A DNA stretch of 63,999 nt, counting the filler, from Diploschistes diacapsis (taxonomy: Eukaryota): NCBI GenBank assembly GCA_023645945.1. It is 4 parts of 4 records of this genome, joined end to end, with 100 filler letters (N's around TTAATTAATTAA, not from the genome) between each part and the next. Parts side by side here need not be neighbours in the genome. Positions count along the whole stretch, not along the records: positions 1 to 15,999 come from JALAIB010000527.1; positions 16,100 to 32,091 come from JALAIB010000528.1; 2 more parts are not named here. One strand, written 5' to 3'. Made by a program: the position numbers and the translations under genes. How positions within the stretch are numbered: the stretch's first letter is position 1; the number at the start of each line of letters is the position of its first letter. Below the pieces are notes generated by a model. That model was not told the DNA's origin and searched no databases. It saw nothing but the letters and a program-made list of their open reading frames with translations. Shown here piece by piece: positions 11,614 to 25,865 of this stretch.

Positions 11614-12739
11614 TATGGAGAGTAGAACAGGGCAGAAGCACGACAGAACATTAGAGAAAAAAGGGCAGGCAAAAGAAAATAAAGGACTGCAGAAAATGAA
11701 TGCATAACGTATATTCCGTCTAGGATTAGTCACTTGTGCATGCCGTCAAGACTCCAGTCCGTCTTTCTGTTGAGGGGTGGTGGCGCGCTCTTCTCGGTCT
11801 TAGCAGAGATGGAGGGGCCGAAAAGAGCGAACGGAGGACATACCGGAGCGAATGCAGCGTGATTGGCCAGCCATGATCCCCCGTTCAGGGATTCGAAGTT
11901 TCAACAATTACTCTGTAGTTTTGCCATGACTCAAAGAACTTTCCATATGGATGTGTGCAACGTTGTGGCTTTTCATCCTTTATCATCGCTGAAGGTAGGT
12001 CCGTTTTCAGAGTTGAGTTGCGGAAAAAGGTAAGCGAAAGCCTTTAACCAAAGAGGACCCCTTGAGGAGTGCTTCAGGCATCTTTTGCTACTAAAGGATT
12101 GTGGCCTTCTTTGCAGAAACCTCAACACGTCAGACAGAGGGTTGCCTGTTTGAAAGCGACAGCAGCCTGCCAGCATCTTCTTCAGGGTTACGAGACCTAA
12201 CGGTGAGGAGGAACGCGGTTCATTCCCCATGCACGAAGCAACAAGCAACAACGGTCAGCTTCACGCCGCCAAGCCTGAAGAGAGCCTCATGGTAAGAGTT
12301 TTTCACCTATCACCTATCACCGCATGCTGTTATAGCCGAGCTGTTATAGCCGAGCACGGACATAAGAGGCTTGTCTTGCGCGCAACGGCTGAGTCATCTC
12401 TTGTTACGGGAGCCGAACATCCATCCGGATCCGAGTATCATCCCAACACATATCAGTATCCCTATTATATTTTATATTTTGTATGCATATGAAGATTCAG
12501 CCCCTTTATTTTTGCGCACTGTTCTAATAAGTTTTGAAGCCCTTGGAGTGGGTGTAAATAAGCAAGCGGTCCTTTATGAACTGCTTCTGCAGATGGCAAT
12601 GACCCAGGCATCAAATTCTAATTCCCTATCACATTCATGTTTCGTCACTTTCCTCTTTGGGTAGGAATGATCGCTCCATGCGGAAAAGGTACTATGTACA
12701 GACAGTACAGTGCGCGCGCTTTCAATTCGCCTCCTTTCA

Positions 12740-14574
<1,835 letters not shown>

Positions 14575-14991
14575 TCAGTCTATATAATTTCAAACCCGAT
14601 CACTTGAACAAAGCACATAAATGATCCATCATTTTCTAGTTACTAGAGCTTTACAGCCTTTTTGGATAGGGTTCGAATGTCGGAGCGATGATCGATCCTC
14701 ATGTCACAGCTTGACTCCCAGAGGGTATCGTGAGCGGCCTGCGCTTTTAGTGCTGATAGCGACAACTTGGTATTACCAGGGTTCGAAAATGTACGTAAGT
14801 GTCTTATAACGTGCTTCAGGTGACTGAGCTTTTGACCAAGCTGAAACTAGAGATAGATAATATCACGGTTGATTGACTGCCTTTCCCAAAGGACTTCCAT
14901 TGCCGGACCTCATAATCATTACCTGAGCAGTGCAGCTACTACTCTCCCCATGAGGAATAACAGACATCTACCCCTGTGAGGTGTTCTCAGG

Positions 14992-15972
14992 ATGGCAGAC
15001 CCCCTAACTGAGCAAGATTCGCCCCTGTCCATCACCGTCTCAGTAGCCGGGATACTCACCTTCATCTATGCACTCGCGGCCTCCATCATCGGATATATTT
15101 ACCTTTTTCATTCCTCCTTCCCCGACTCCATCGAGCGCTTCTACGAAGCCTTCTCTGCCTGCGCTTTAGAGACAGATCTCGTTCGCAGAGTAATCTTGCA
15201 GGCGGAGCGCGCTGGAGATGCTGCTAGGTTGCCTCAGGCCACCCCGGACAGTACCTCCATCTTGTCTAAGAAGCTCGAGGTAAACAGTAGCCCTCTTTCT
15301 GCGTCCCTCCGCAGCCATGTAGATCCTCACCTCGAGGAAGCATTCTGCGGCGCCAGCAGCCCCGTTCCAAAGACAGACAACTATCTCCTAGGTCCGGACT
15401 CGCTAGGCCGCCTCTACGAGCAAGTCCGCGCCGTCGAGATCGAGCTGCAGAACCAAGCAACTAGGGTCGTACGTGCTGGGCCTACAGAGGACTCCCATGA
15501 TTTATGGGACAGGCTGGACGGACGCGGGAGGTGGGCGACGGGTGCGAAGGAGCTGGAGGAGAGCTTGGCTAAGAGGCAACAGCCCACGGCAAGGCTGCTG
15601 GCGATTCAAATGAGTTTGGTGTCTGCTAGGACGAGGACGCTGGTTGGGACAGTGCAGAAGATGCAGGAGCGGATCGATGCGAATGAGGGAGAAATTCGGG
15701 AGTTCAAGGGAAATATAGCTAAGACGGATCAAGATAGATTAATATCGGGTGCAGGTCTGATGGTTCCGAGTAGATGGATTTGCTCTAGTATTCAATATAC
15801 AATAAGAGCGCTAGAAGTATTGATGCAGGATGAGACTGCTCCAGATGAAACATGTGACCCGCTTCATGATGCGAGTGTTGCCTTTAAAAGACTCCCATCC
15901 CATGCTCTCTCGATCGCTGCACAGTCAGTACCCCACTTGTTGTGGTCTGCCGCCCACTTTCCTCTCAATTGA
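14992..15972 (+). CDS. Hypothetical protein with N-terminal hydrophobic helix and coiled-coil; 3' end uncertain
   Basis: Open 326-aa ORF. It begins MADPLTEQDSPLSITVSVAGILTFIYALAA and has a helical middle. The C-terminal ~80 aa may be intron or read-through. Confidence 0.55.
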   Translation: MADPLTEQDSPLSITVSVAGILTFIYALAASIIGYIYLFHSSFPDSIERFYEAFSACALETDLVRRVILQAERAGDAARLPQATPDSTSILSKKLEVNSSPLSASLRSHVDPHLEEAFCGASSPVPKTDNYLLGPDSLGRLYEQVRAVEIELQNQATRVVRAGPTEDSHDLWDRLDGRGRWATGAKELEESLAKRQQPTARLLAIQMSLVSARTRTLVGTVQKMQERIDANEGEIREFKGNIAKTDQDRLISGAGLMVPSRWICSSIQYTIRALEVLMQDETAPDETCDPLHDASVAFKRLPSHALSIAAQSVPHLLWSAAHFPLN

Positions 15973-15999
15973 AATTACCGCACTCGCCTCCCCGTTACC

Positions 16000-16099
16000 N
16001 NNNNNNNNNNNNNNNNNNNNNNNNNNNNNNNNNNNNNNNNNNNTTAATTAATTAANNNNNNNNNNNNNNNNNNNNNNNNNNNNNNNNNNNNNNNNNNNN
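16000..16099. other. Artificial contig spacer (44 N + TTAATTAATTAA + 44 N)
   Basis: Identical 100-bp structure at three places; the 12-mer puts stop codons in all six frames. Confidence 0.97.
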
Positions 16100-16830
16100 A
16101 TATAGATCACGGAAAAAGAATTACAACGATATTCAATAAACCAGATCGCCGAATTCGAAACGAGGCATACCGACGCCGTGACTACAGGATTATTAAAGGT
16201 ATAAGACTAGAACTATATCTACGCCATAAAGATGATCTCGATGGACGAGTAAAGATTACTTTAAAGATAAAAAAAAGAAAATAATTAAAAGTATATTATT
16301 AGGATATTTTAAAACTAAATATCGAGGGTTTATCTCGATTATTTAATACTTATTATAAACATTATTTATGTAAATATAAACATTTTATGTCCGAGAATAT
16401 TGTAGTAGTATTACAATTATTAGGCAGCTCGCTTACCCTTGCTGGCGCGCTTGCACTTACCCTCGCTGGCGTCGCTTGTGACGACATGGTGGATGCCATT
16501 AGGCATCCACCCACTTGTAGCTATAAGGGCTCGCTGCCCTCAGTAGCTTTTGCAAAGCATCTTCTTCACCAACTAATAATTTGACCTTGTTCCCAACAAA
16601 AGATCGAGATAATAACGATATAAATCAAGTTAATTATTTAGCCTATCTTAATAAATAAAAAAAGGATTATAAAAATAATTCTAAAAAAACTAAAGAAAGA
16701 AAGAAAGAAATAATTATAAGGTTAAATTAAGAATATACTAATAATCGGATAAGCGGCGTTCAGGGTCTTGGCTTATTAGTACTTGAAGAGGGATTTTGCC
16801 CTTCTTACTCTCTCCTCTTCTTTAATAATT
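16100..16830. mobile_element. AT-rich, RIP-degraded repeat DNA containing a possible solo LTR (~16388-16598)
   Basis: Strong TpA enrichment and CpA/TpG depletion at a contig end. An inner GC-richer block is bounded by TGTCCGAGAA…TTCCCAACA and contains a TATAA-like box. No matching target-site duplication found. Confidence 0.5.
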
Positions 16831-19224
16831 AGTCCTAGCATGAATCTGCCCTGCGTACAGCCATCTTGCCACATTATCGTATTCTACCCTTTACACTACG
16901 CCACGGTAAGGTTATATAACGGGTCCTACCGAGGATAACCGTTGCCAGCCGCGTTAAGGATATTAAGAGTATAGACCCTTAGGGAGTAGTATTTGGGTAT
17001 AATTGGATGCGAGACTATAATAACAAAATCTTCTAGTTTTTGGTTAGCAGACTCTTCGTTGGCTACTCCGTAGCTTCCAGTCCAACACCACCGGGGTTCG
17101 ACTCCCAAATAGCCAGGTGGGAAGTTTGTGCATCTCCTACAACACCAGTGCCTCCGAAAAAGCCCGTCCTTCTTTGGCACTGGGTATAGACTTGATGAGT
17201 GGATAATACCAGCCTCTCCCTTGTAAAAAAAAAACCATGCTTTCGGGGAGTCCCACACAACCGGCGTTCTCACTAGTCCTTCGTTGGCAATTTTCTGCAT
17301 GGCGACTACACAGTCTGACGGGTCGTGAATGATGGACTGTGGCAGAGGTGGCCAGCACAATACTCTATAGATGATATCAGTTGCGGTATTGTTGGCTAAG
17401 GAGGGAGTGGTAGAATCCGTTATCGGATCTCGGATAGCTTCTAGTCTTTTGCCTGGATCAGATGGAAGTCTTCTTCCTGATTCAGGACGCACACTGTCAG
17501 CTGATGTTGATGCCCGAGGTTGCAAGTTAAATCTCCCGGATATTCTACCGGTCGTACATGCCCCCCCCTACCCCATACCCACGGTCCGGGCTACAGCATG
17601 TAAGTTCAACTAACGAAGCCGCCGTGGCCATTGCTACGTTTCTTGGTAAGTGCTGGAAGCCTGGAGACTCCGACGTTAGAGCGAATTTACAGGTCCAATA
17701 AACCATCCGTGCGCGCCGATCCGTACTGCTGTTTCTTGGTGAGACTCTTCTGTCACCATCTGGATGACAGCAAAGTCAAAATCCAATGAGTTAGCGATCC
17801 CTTTGACTATCCGACGTTGATGGCGTTGAGGAACATCGATATTGTCGGTTGCTGGAGAAAACTTGGGGAATACTGCTGGTAAGACTGGTGCCCCTGCTGC
17901 CGGAGCCTCTCTGGTGGTTTTACTGACTATGACGGGCTCATTTCTCAGCAGTGACACCTTTATTCTTGATAACACTGCGGTAGATAATCCACGCCGCCTG
18001 ATTTTCGTAAAACAAAGTCTTCCGCTCCTCTCGGGCGATCACCACAATGAAATCGAATGATTGCTGCAGCCAAGTCAATTTCTACTACTATAGGAAGCTC
18101 ATAAGATCCTGGTAGATCCTTAGGAACTCTTTCACCGCAGCACTCCAAAGTTCGAGGTCGTTCAACGCCACAGATGATGAATTCCCGATATTGTCCCTGG
18201 GCGTGCTCCAGAAGAGCATGGAATGTTCCGATACTACAATTAAATCTAGCATCAATGAAACTCCACGAATGATTTCTCCTTCAACAATATAGAACGCGTG
18301 CTCTGGTGCCCTAGCGCAATTGGTGTTCGTATATATTAAGCGGTTGTTGCGCTCGACATTTCCTCGATCTTGACTGTCTAGATAATCTGACGGTAAAGCA
18401 ACTGAACTTTTGTGCCATTTTGAAGATGCCTTGCTATAGATGAAGCCCGAAGGAAAAGCAACCGGGTTTATGAACAACAACATCGAGCCGATAAACGTAT
18501 GAACTACACAGAGCATTGTTTTTTCCTCTGCCTAGTTTTGCGGCTGCAGCGAAGCTTTTATACGAGAGAGAGAGAGAGAGAGAGAGACAGCTGTCATGCC
18601 CGCAGAAGTGTGGATTGAAAGGCACGGGTATGTACTAAGGTTAAATAGCAGGCTGTCGCCTATAACTACCATGTGTAGCATAACCTTTCCTGTTTAGTAT
18701 GCGTCCCTCGAGGCGCACCATCATGCTTCTTTGTAAGCTCTTATCAGCCTGCTCTCCTTTATCCGGCTTATGCACCTACCCTTTACAAATGCTTGAAAGG
18801 AGAACTAGCATTCAACGAACAGTGCCACATATCAGCGTAGCGAAGGTCACTACTAGTACAGTCTACAACGTCATGCTTGGCCTCCAGCGCGATGTCCGGA
18901 AGGTAGTGATGGCTCTCTGAACCGGGGTTGGAGCCCAATTCCAAATTTTTCGATCAATTCCACAACGAGTCTGAAACTGGGTACAGCTCCAACTAAACCG
19001 AGATATTTTACGGCCAAAGCAATAGGCGGTGCACACGCCAGACAGACGCACGGGCAAAAATTGCGTTTAATGTTCAATTCTGACGAAGCTCTTGCGTAAC
19101 AAGGTAACATGCCCAAACTGATAGACTCCGTTAGAGGAGCGGTGAATGAGACTCCTAGTCCTTTATTTGCCCAAACCAAACAACGAATAATGTCCGAGCA
19201 ACTAGCAAGAACACGAGTGTCAAA

Positions 19225-20398
19225 TTATTCGCCAAGAACCTCCTTCTCGGAGACGTTCCATTTCGTATCAGCGGCAGCGGTGCTGGCCCTGAATACCACT
19301 CTCGCGGACAGTTGCACTTTCCTTGAGTCCGGGTCGAGCGCCTGGTAGAACAGCACAATGCGGGTGTACGATCCGGTGTCAGGGGCAAGACACCCAGCGA
19401 TGGCACTTCTGGGTGCTACGTCGACGTCGTGGAAGAAAAATTCAGGCAGCTGGAGGCCTTGAGTCGGGTCGATACGAATCACCTTCACTTGGCCAGAGTG
19501 TGACTTGTAGATGAGATGCAGCTGGTATCCGTTGTCCACGGCCGTAAGACTTGTGTGGGGCGAGAAAGACACCGGCTTGTTGTCGCGATCGTAACCTGAC
19601 AGTGGCAGCGGTTCTGTGGTATACAAAGTCAGGAGCAAACCTTGAACGAAAATAGGATATTCATACCTGCTGTGCCCTGTCCACTACCCACGGCGTTGTT
19701 GTCCAATTGAAGGTAGTAAATTGGCTGTCCTTTATTCTTCGAGTCCTCATTACCACGGCCGAGTATGCCTGCGCGAGGAGCCACTGCAGTGAGGGAGGTG
19801 CCGTATAGCGGCGGGTCTTTGAGATTGGCGGCGCCAAGTTGCCAAACCCGATGGAGGCCGGCAAAGCTAACCATCTTAACGGCTCCATCGCTGGTGGGAG
19901 CTTGATAGAAGACGCATATGTGGTTTACACTCGAGCCCTTGATAGTAACAGCCGCTATAGACGAGTAATGAGCGCATTGAACCTTAAGCCCAGCCAAAGT
20001 TCCATGTTTGTAGTCGCCATCCCCGTTGTCGTACTGGTCATGAAGGATGTTGTTGTCGTCGAGATAGAAGACGTACTTATGATTCATGAGCTTGATGGAT
20101 GGCGGAAGATGTCGTGGGCACTTACCTTCTCACTCATAGGCTTGTCAAGGTTATCAGTGAATGATACAGCACCAATGGGTGTGAATAGCTTCGGAGCATC
20201 AGACTTGGGATTTTTCCCTCGCAGGCGTTCAATGATGACGTTGGACTTCTTCCTTAAGCCTCGGAACTCCTTCGTCTGATCGTCCAGGTTGCCAACGAAC
20301 TGGTAGATATCGCCCTCATAGGTCTGCGCATACGCATAGACATAACTCCCCTTCACCATTGTGGTGATACTGGAGTCTGGAAGAAGCTTGACAGACAT
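19225..20398 (-). CDS. Fungal fucose-specific-lectin-like beta-propeller protein, 2 introns
   Basis: Repeated blade-like units: TPIGAVS…YVFYLDDNNILHD, SSIAAVT…ICVFYQAP, GTSLTAVA…IYYLQLDN, TSLTAVD…LHLIYKS, SAIAGC…IVLFYQA. No signal peptide. Confidence 0.6.
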
Positions 20399-23300
20399 GA
20401 CTGGATCTTTTTGTGAGTCTACGCCAATGTTTGCTTTTCGGAGTATGAGGAGTCTGGCACCGAGTGCTTGAGTTCGGAAAGCAAGAGAAGAGCTGGTTTT
20501 TATATATCCCCGCCTCATTCCTATTTGCTTCCCCCTTCGATTCTTTCTTTCCCTCTTCCTGTTTTCCCCTCACTTCATTCTCTCGCTTGGATAGGACATT
20601 CTAGTACAAGTCATGCTGGCTTAGGCACATCGGTAACTTTTGACAGCTGTGTATCGCTATCCCACCGTACGTTTTATCTGCAATGATTCGTCCCTCTTGA
20701 TGCGAACCACCATTAAGTGACAAAATGCGGGGTCGCCTTCGCTGCGCTCCCCCGTACCGAAGCGAACGGGCGCTGTATATATGTCAAACTTGCAGCTCCA
20801 GCTGCAGCCTAGATATGAAATAATTGATTGTGGCAGCTGAAGCCGCTTTACCCTAGCAGATTTTGTACACAATTATTGGCTGTAACTTGCAGTAAGCCGG
20901 ATTCGTCCTCGGGGTCAGCTCAGAGGTTAGTTGGTAGTGTAAATAAGCATATTTCGTTCACGGTTGGTGTGGCATACTAAAGTCTCCGGGGATCTTTTCT
21001 ACGAATAAGAACGACGAGATAGCTGGCTAAATCGGCAGCTGGCTGGCTTGAAACTCGCATATTTGTTGGCTGGCTGAAACTCGCATATGTGTCACAAAGT
21101 CGAACATGCGGCTTTGGCACTAGCAATGCTGAAAGTATGGTGGAAGCACGGTCAATTAGTTTTTCTCAACACGTACTCTTATGCCAGGCTAATATATTAT
21201 ATACGACTAGAAATGTTAGGTGCCCTTTGCCGCAATACCGAAAGGCGCCACGGGCCTTGAACGGAAATTCAATGGCATTGAATGGCGACTTTAACGCCCC
21301 GACTCCAGTAATTCGAATATGGCCATTGAATATCCATTCGCTCAGGTAACCAACAGCAACATTGGCGGTGTGCAATGTCAGCCAGAACAGCGCAAGCAAT
21401 GCAACGCCCGAGTGCCAGTTGTCATTGTTAGCTTCAAGGCTACAATATGCATTCCTCAAGGTGTCACGCCATCTCCTAGCATACGAATATCTGCTGGCAG
21501 CCTTGTATCATCGCCGATTTCGTGCACTTTTAGCTCCCAACTACAACAGCCAAACCTTTCAAACTGCATCAGCGCTGCTGCTACAATGGCACAGGCAAGG
21601 CTGACAATGAGATGTTCTAGCTAGCTTGCCAATACTGGCAGCTGCTTCATTGCATATTGCAGCAAGCAGTCATACGCAAGCCGCATCTTGGGCATCTATT
21701 TTACAAATGTCTGGATGCTCTGAGATGGTCGACGACGGATTCGAGGAATTAGGACAGTGGTAGTTGGCAGCTACGGAGCTGTTGTGTGTCTAGGCACGGA
21801 CTGATGTTGGGTGGCGTTAACTAGAAAGGGAGGTCGTCCGAGTAGAGCACGGCGGGAGGTGTCCCAATATGTTCAGCTTCAAATTCCAGAATGCCTTTCT
21901 TGATTTGTCGACACACTGCAGCTGGTATGCCTTCGAGGTCAGTCCGTACCCAGGAGATAGTCCATATTGAACTCAAAGTAAAAGCATCCACTGTAATATT
22001 ATGAGTGACCACGGCACAATGACAAAACTGGAGAGTCCGAGGATGCGGTGTTGCCTGGCGAAGGATGTACGAGACTCGGTGTTTTTCATTTGATAGGAAA
22101 CCCAGTCCACTAGTTACGCTGATTTATAGTAGAGGCCTCGCTTGCTAGGACCTTTACATTTCAGGATGGAGGGAGTGCTCGGGAATGTCGTGAGTCAGCA
22201 TGATGGCTTCTCCATTGGGCATAGGCGACAGTACTTCTTCTTCAGCTTGGCATTATTACGCATCTTAAAAAGCACACGGAATAGCATGGCTAATCTAGAT
22301 CTTCAATAATATCAAAGCAAAAGCCGACAGCGAAAAGGTCAATCTGTTAAAATATCTTTCGCATGACCCGGATTGAATAAACTCATCGGCGCCAGCTGGC
22401 TTTCTTGGAGCTCAAGCCCTAGGCATCAGGCTTGGTGGGTCGATCAGCCTCAAGGAGTGGGCCCAGGAAAGGAGCAGGTTGTTTAGACAGAAGTTTGATC
22501 AATTATTGGATATATCGTGTTCAAAACCTGTCCTTCGCCTACTTGGAGCGATGCTCTTGCTCAATTCAGTAAGAAGTCCAAGCCCGAAAGAAACGAGCTT
22601 TTTTCCAGCTGGACTATGACCGATACTAATTCTGCGGGGGTGTATAACCATTGACGACCTGTATCTCGAAAAGCAAAACGAGGACTACTTCCAAACAGAT
22701 GAGTCCAGCATACACGAGGCATTTTATCGAAACTATAAAGCCAAAGTTCACGGTATCGGATCGAACTTCCATCTAATAAGCAAGCCAAGTGACCGAGGTT
22801 TATGTCTTGCGCCTCTGCTTCCTGACAAAAACTACAAGTTCCGCTTCCCTCAAAGCAACGCCTCGGGACCCAATACGATAAATAACAACATATGGTCTCA
22901 ATTCAATACAAACGCTGCCGACTGATGTACTTGGTCAGTAAGTGAAATAAAGACGGTAAAAGGTATTTCCGTGCTGACGAGGCTATAAAGCAGCGACAAA
23001 ATGGTATCTCTTTGTCTGGGACCATCCCGAGAGGAGGTCTAGAAGAGATATTCGTTACTAAGGTGGGCTTGCCGTAATATGCTGCAACGACAGCTCTTCG
23101 ATATTATTTCTTATTCAGGGGTCGGCCACCCCTTGAAGCTGTGTGCTTAGCAGACAGAGGTCTCTATAACAGAGTCCCTGCATCAGAAGTGTGCTTCCCG
23201 AAAGGTGATAGGCATGCTTCTCGCGCCTTATGCTCTTGTAGATCTCCCGGAAGGTCTTGGGTAGATCCTGTTTGAATGACAGCAACCCCTTGAATCCTTC

Positions 23301-25865
23301 TGTCATCTCTTCTTCCTTCTAATCATGCTTTCTATAGAATCCACAGTTGCAGCCGCCTTGAAAAGGGGGGAGGGGGTTCGCGGAGGGTGGCCGCAACACA
23401 GCCGCAATTAGATCACTTCCGCGACTGTGATGTGTCTTCTGGTGCATCTAATAGCGTGCTCTTCTCAGACGCCGCATTCCGGATTAGCCGTGCAGGAGTC
23501 ATTCGAAGGTGACTTGGGCGGTACTGTGCTGGGTATTAGGTGTGGAAACCTCATCTTCGACCGTTTTGATCGCTATTTGATGCTGTTCGAATCGTGATAT
23601 GGCACTCGCCATGGATGTTGGCGTGGGCGCAGTAGCTTTCTTCTCTCATTCTCTCATCAGTAAGGCTTATTTAATCGAGATGGTCGTCAATTGAACCGGA
23701 CGTATATGTCGAGGCTCCGCTTTGCTCATTGCTCTCGAGCTCCGCATCTTCTATCTTTTGACTAGTGTATATGATACATTGACGTTTGCCCGATTAGGCA
23801 TGTCCCTGTTCTCAAAACGAGCCGTGATTCACTTCTCGTCAGCGCAAAGGTTCGATCGATCATGATATGATCACTTCACTTCACTTAACTATCAATGACC
23901 CGGTACTATATGGATTGCATTCTTTACTCTTGGCTAAGATTCTCGTTCTGGTGGTTGTAACTCGCGAGCAGTCCAATCACCTTTTTGAATGTTTCGCTGA
24001 ATTCAGCTTCGCTCATGTGGCTACACAATCCGTAAGAACCGAAGAATACTCCCGGGAGGAAGATAAGGCGCATAAGTTTGAAGACCAGCAAGCTTCCAAC
24101 GGTGCGGAAGACAATGCACTGGATGAGATTTGCCCAACATCTACGAACTTGACAGATGAGCAGGAGCCCGAGGCAAGTGGAACTCGGTTCCCTTGATTCC
24201 TTAATCACTAACGGGGGAAACTCAGTTTCAACTAGTAGCCAAAAGAGAGCGACTGCGTGCCGCGCGGGAACTGAGCGGGAGAATTGGGGGAAGTTTTGTG
24301 CGATTCATGTTGTTCCGTTAGGCATTTGAAACAAAGTATTGAAATTGCGATAGGGAGATTCTTTACCCACCAAGCGCCAAAGAGACACGCAACTTTCAAG
24401 AAGAAACTTAAGACTCGATTGTCGAATTTACACCGGCTATTCTATGACGAAGAGACGTTCACGGAGGTACGTTGTGTCCCATTCTGATCTTGAATGTCGC
24501 CGATGACAATGGCGGTCTTGCGACCTGGCAGGACAACGTCTTTCTTGCTGCTGCGATGCAGTGGCCTGCTGGGTTTAGCCCGTGTTTGTACAGAGGAAAT
24601 TTGGTCACTTTCGGCGAGAGCATCGTGCTTCACACGCGTCTGATCCGAACAGCATAACGTGCCCGACTTGCTTAGTCGCCAACTTCTTCTATTACCCCAT
24701 ATCAATTGTCGTCCGCCTGGAGCTTTGCTGAATACTTCGGTCAATCCAGGACGCAAGTTATCCGACTGGAAGGGAAAGCTCATTTCGTTCGTCCGTGGGG
24801 GCATTAGCAGCGCCAATACTTGCGTCTCGCTAGCGTCCGAGAATGCTGCGACTCAAATCAAGTATTGGGAGCGCATATTCGACACAGGGACTGCAGTTGT
24901 CGTTTAGAACATGTTCCCCACATGCAGGCAGATAGCATTTTCGTTCTCCCGGAAGTCGGCGAGTGGAGATTTCCTGTGCGTGAGATTTTCGTCCTGCTAT
25001 GTGAGAAGATTCTGCAGAACTTGGAGTAGAAGAAAGATAAGAATGAGGGAGGGGACAAACGGGAAAGGGAATGGAGAGCGAAGGTTACTGAGCCATTTCA
25101 TGCCGCTTGGCCAAAGTGGTCCTTTCCCCTCAAAGAAAGCGCCTCTGATGGAGAATTGCTAGGTAGGGATATAGATATGAATGGGGCTGGCGTACCAGAG
25201 ATTCTGGTAGGGATAAGTGAAGCATTTTTTTGAAAGCAGTTTAGGTAGCACGTATAGAATATGATCAGGGCATATTTCTTATGACTTACCATCCAATTCT
25301 CGTTGTTACTTCTCCGAATTAGAATATTAGAGTCTTGTATCCTTGCTACTGGCCTTTTCATATTGCTCCTTCTACTTGTTTTAAGGATAGAAAGCTTACT
25401 TGTCATATTTTATAGAAAGAGTGGGATATGTTCATGTCGGTAGCTGGACGTGTCTATAGTAAGAGAGGTAGTCTGCAGCTTGCGGACGCTGGCGTCAGTG
25501 AATACACTGAGACTCTTCAGCCGCGGTCATGCATAAGCTTCGATATTATTATGGGCGTCATCATGAGGATCAAAGAGACGTTTCGGATTGTGGATTGCTG
25601 CTTGATTGATGCAATGGTAAGTACAGCGCATTCAATTCTGCCAATTTTGAGATATAAAGATAGTAAAAGTACGGGTGAATTTGCATCAACTTTTAAAGCC
25701 ATCATCTTCCATAGCAATAGTTAATATAAGGTTTCTTTTCCACCCTGTGAAGCAACTGAATCATTATGCACATGGTTCATTCTCTGCCAAGTGCCATTCC
25801 TAAGCTCTGTCTCAACCCTTCTGCAATAACTGGTCATATCATCGCCTCGGCATTGAATGACTTCC

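Noticed and set aside
6973..11707. Many plus-strand ORFs inside the ABC transporter (likewise inside cyp51, nimA, areA and the glycosylase)
   Set aside because: These are antisense shadows of GC3-rich coding sequence.
12327..12355. 14-bp tandem duplication (CTGTTATAGCCGAG x2) as a TR34-like resistance promoter repeat
   Set aside because: It lies downstream of cyp51, is short and contains no recognisable binding site. At most it is a slippage duplication upstream of the ABC gene.
16044..16055. TTAATTAATTAA palindrome (also at 32136 and 48191) as a biological motif
   Set aside because: It is embedded in N runs with identical geometry each time, so it is an assembly linker.
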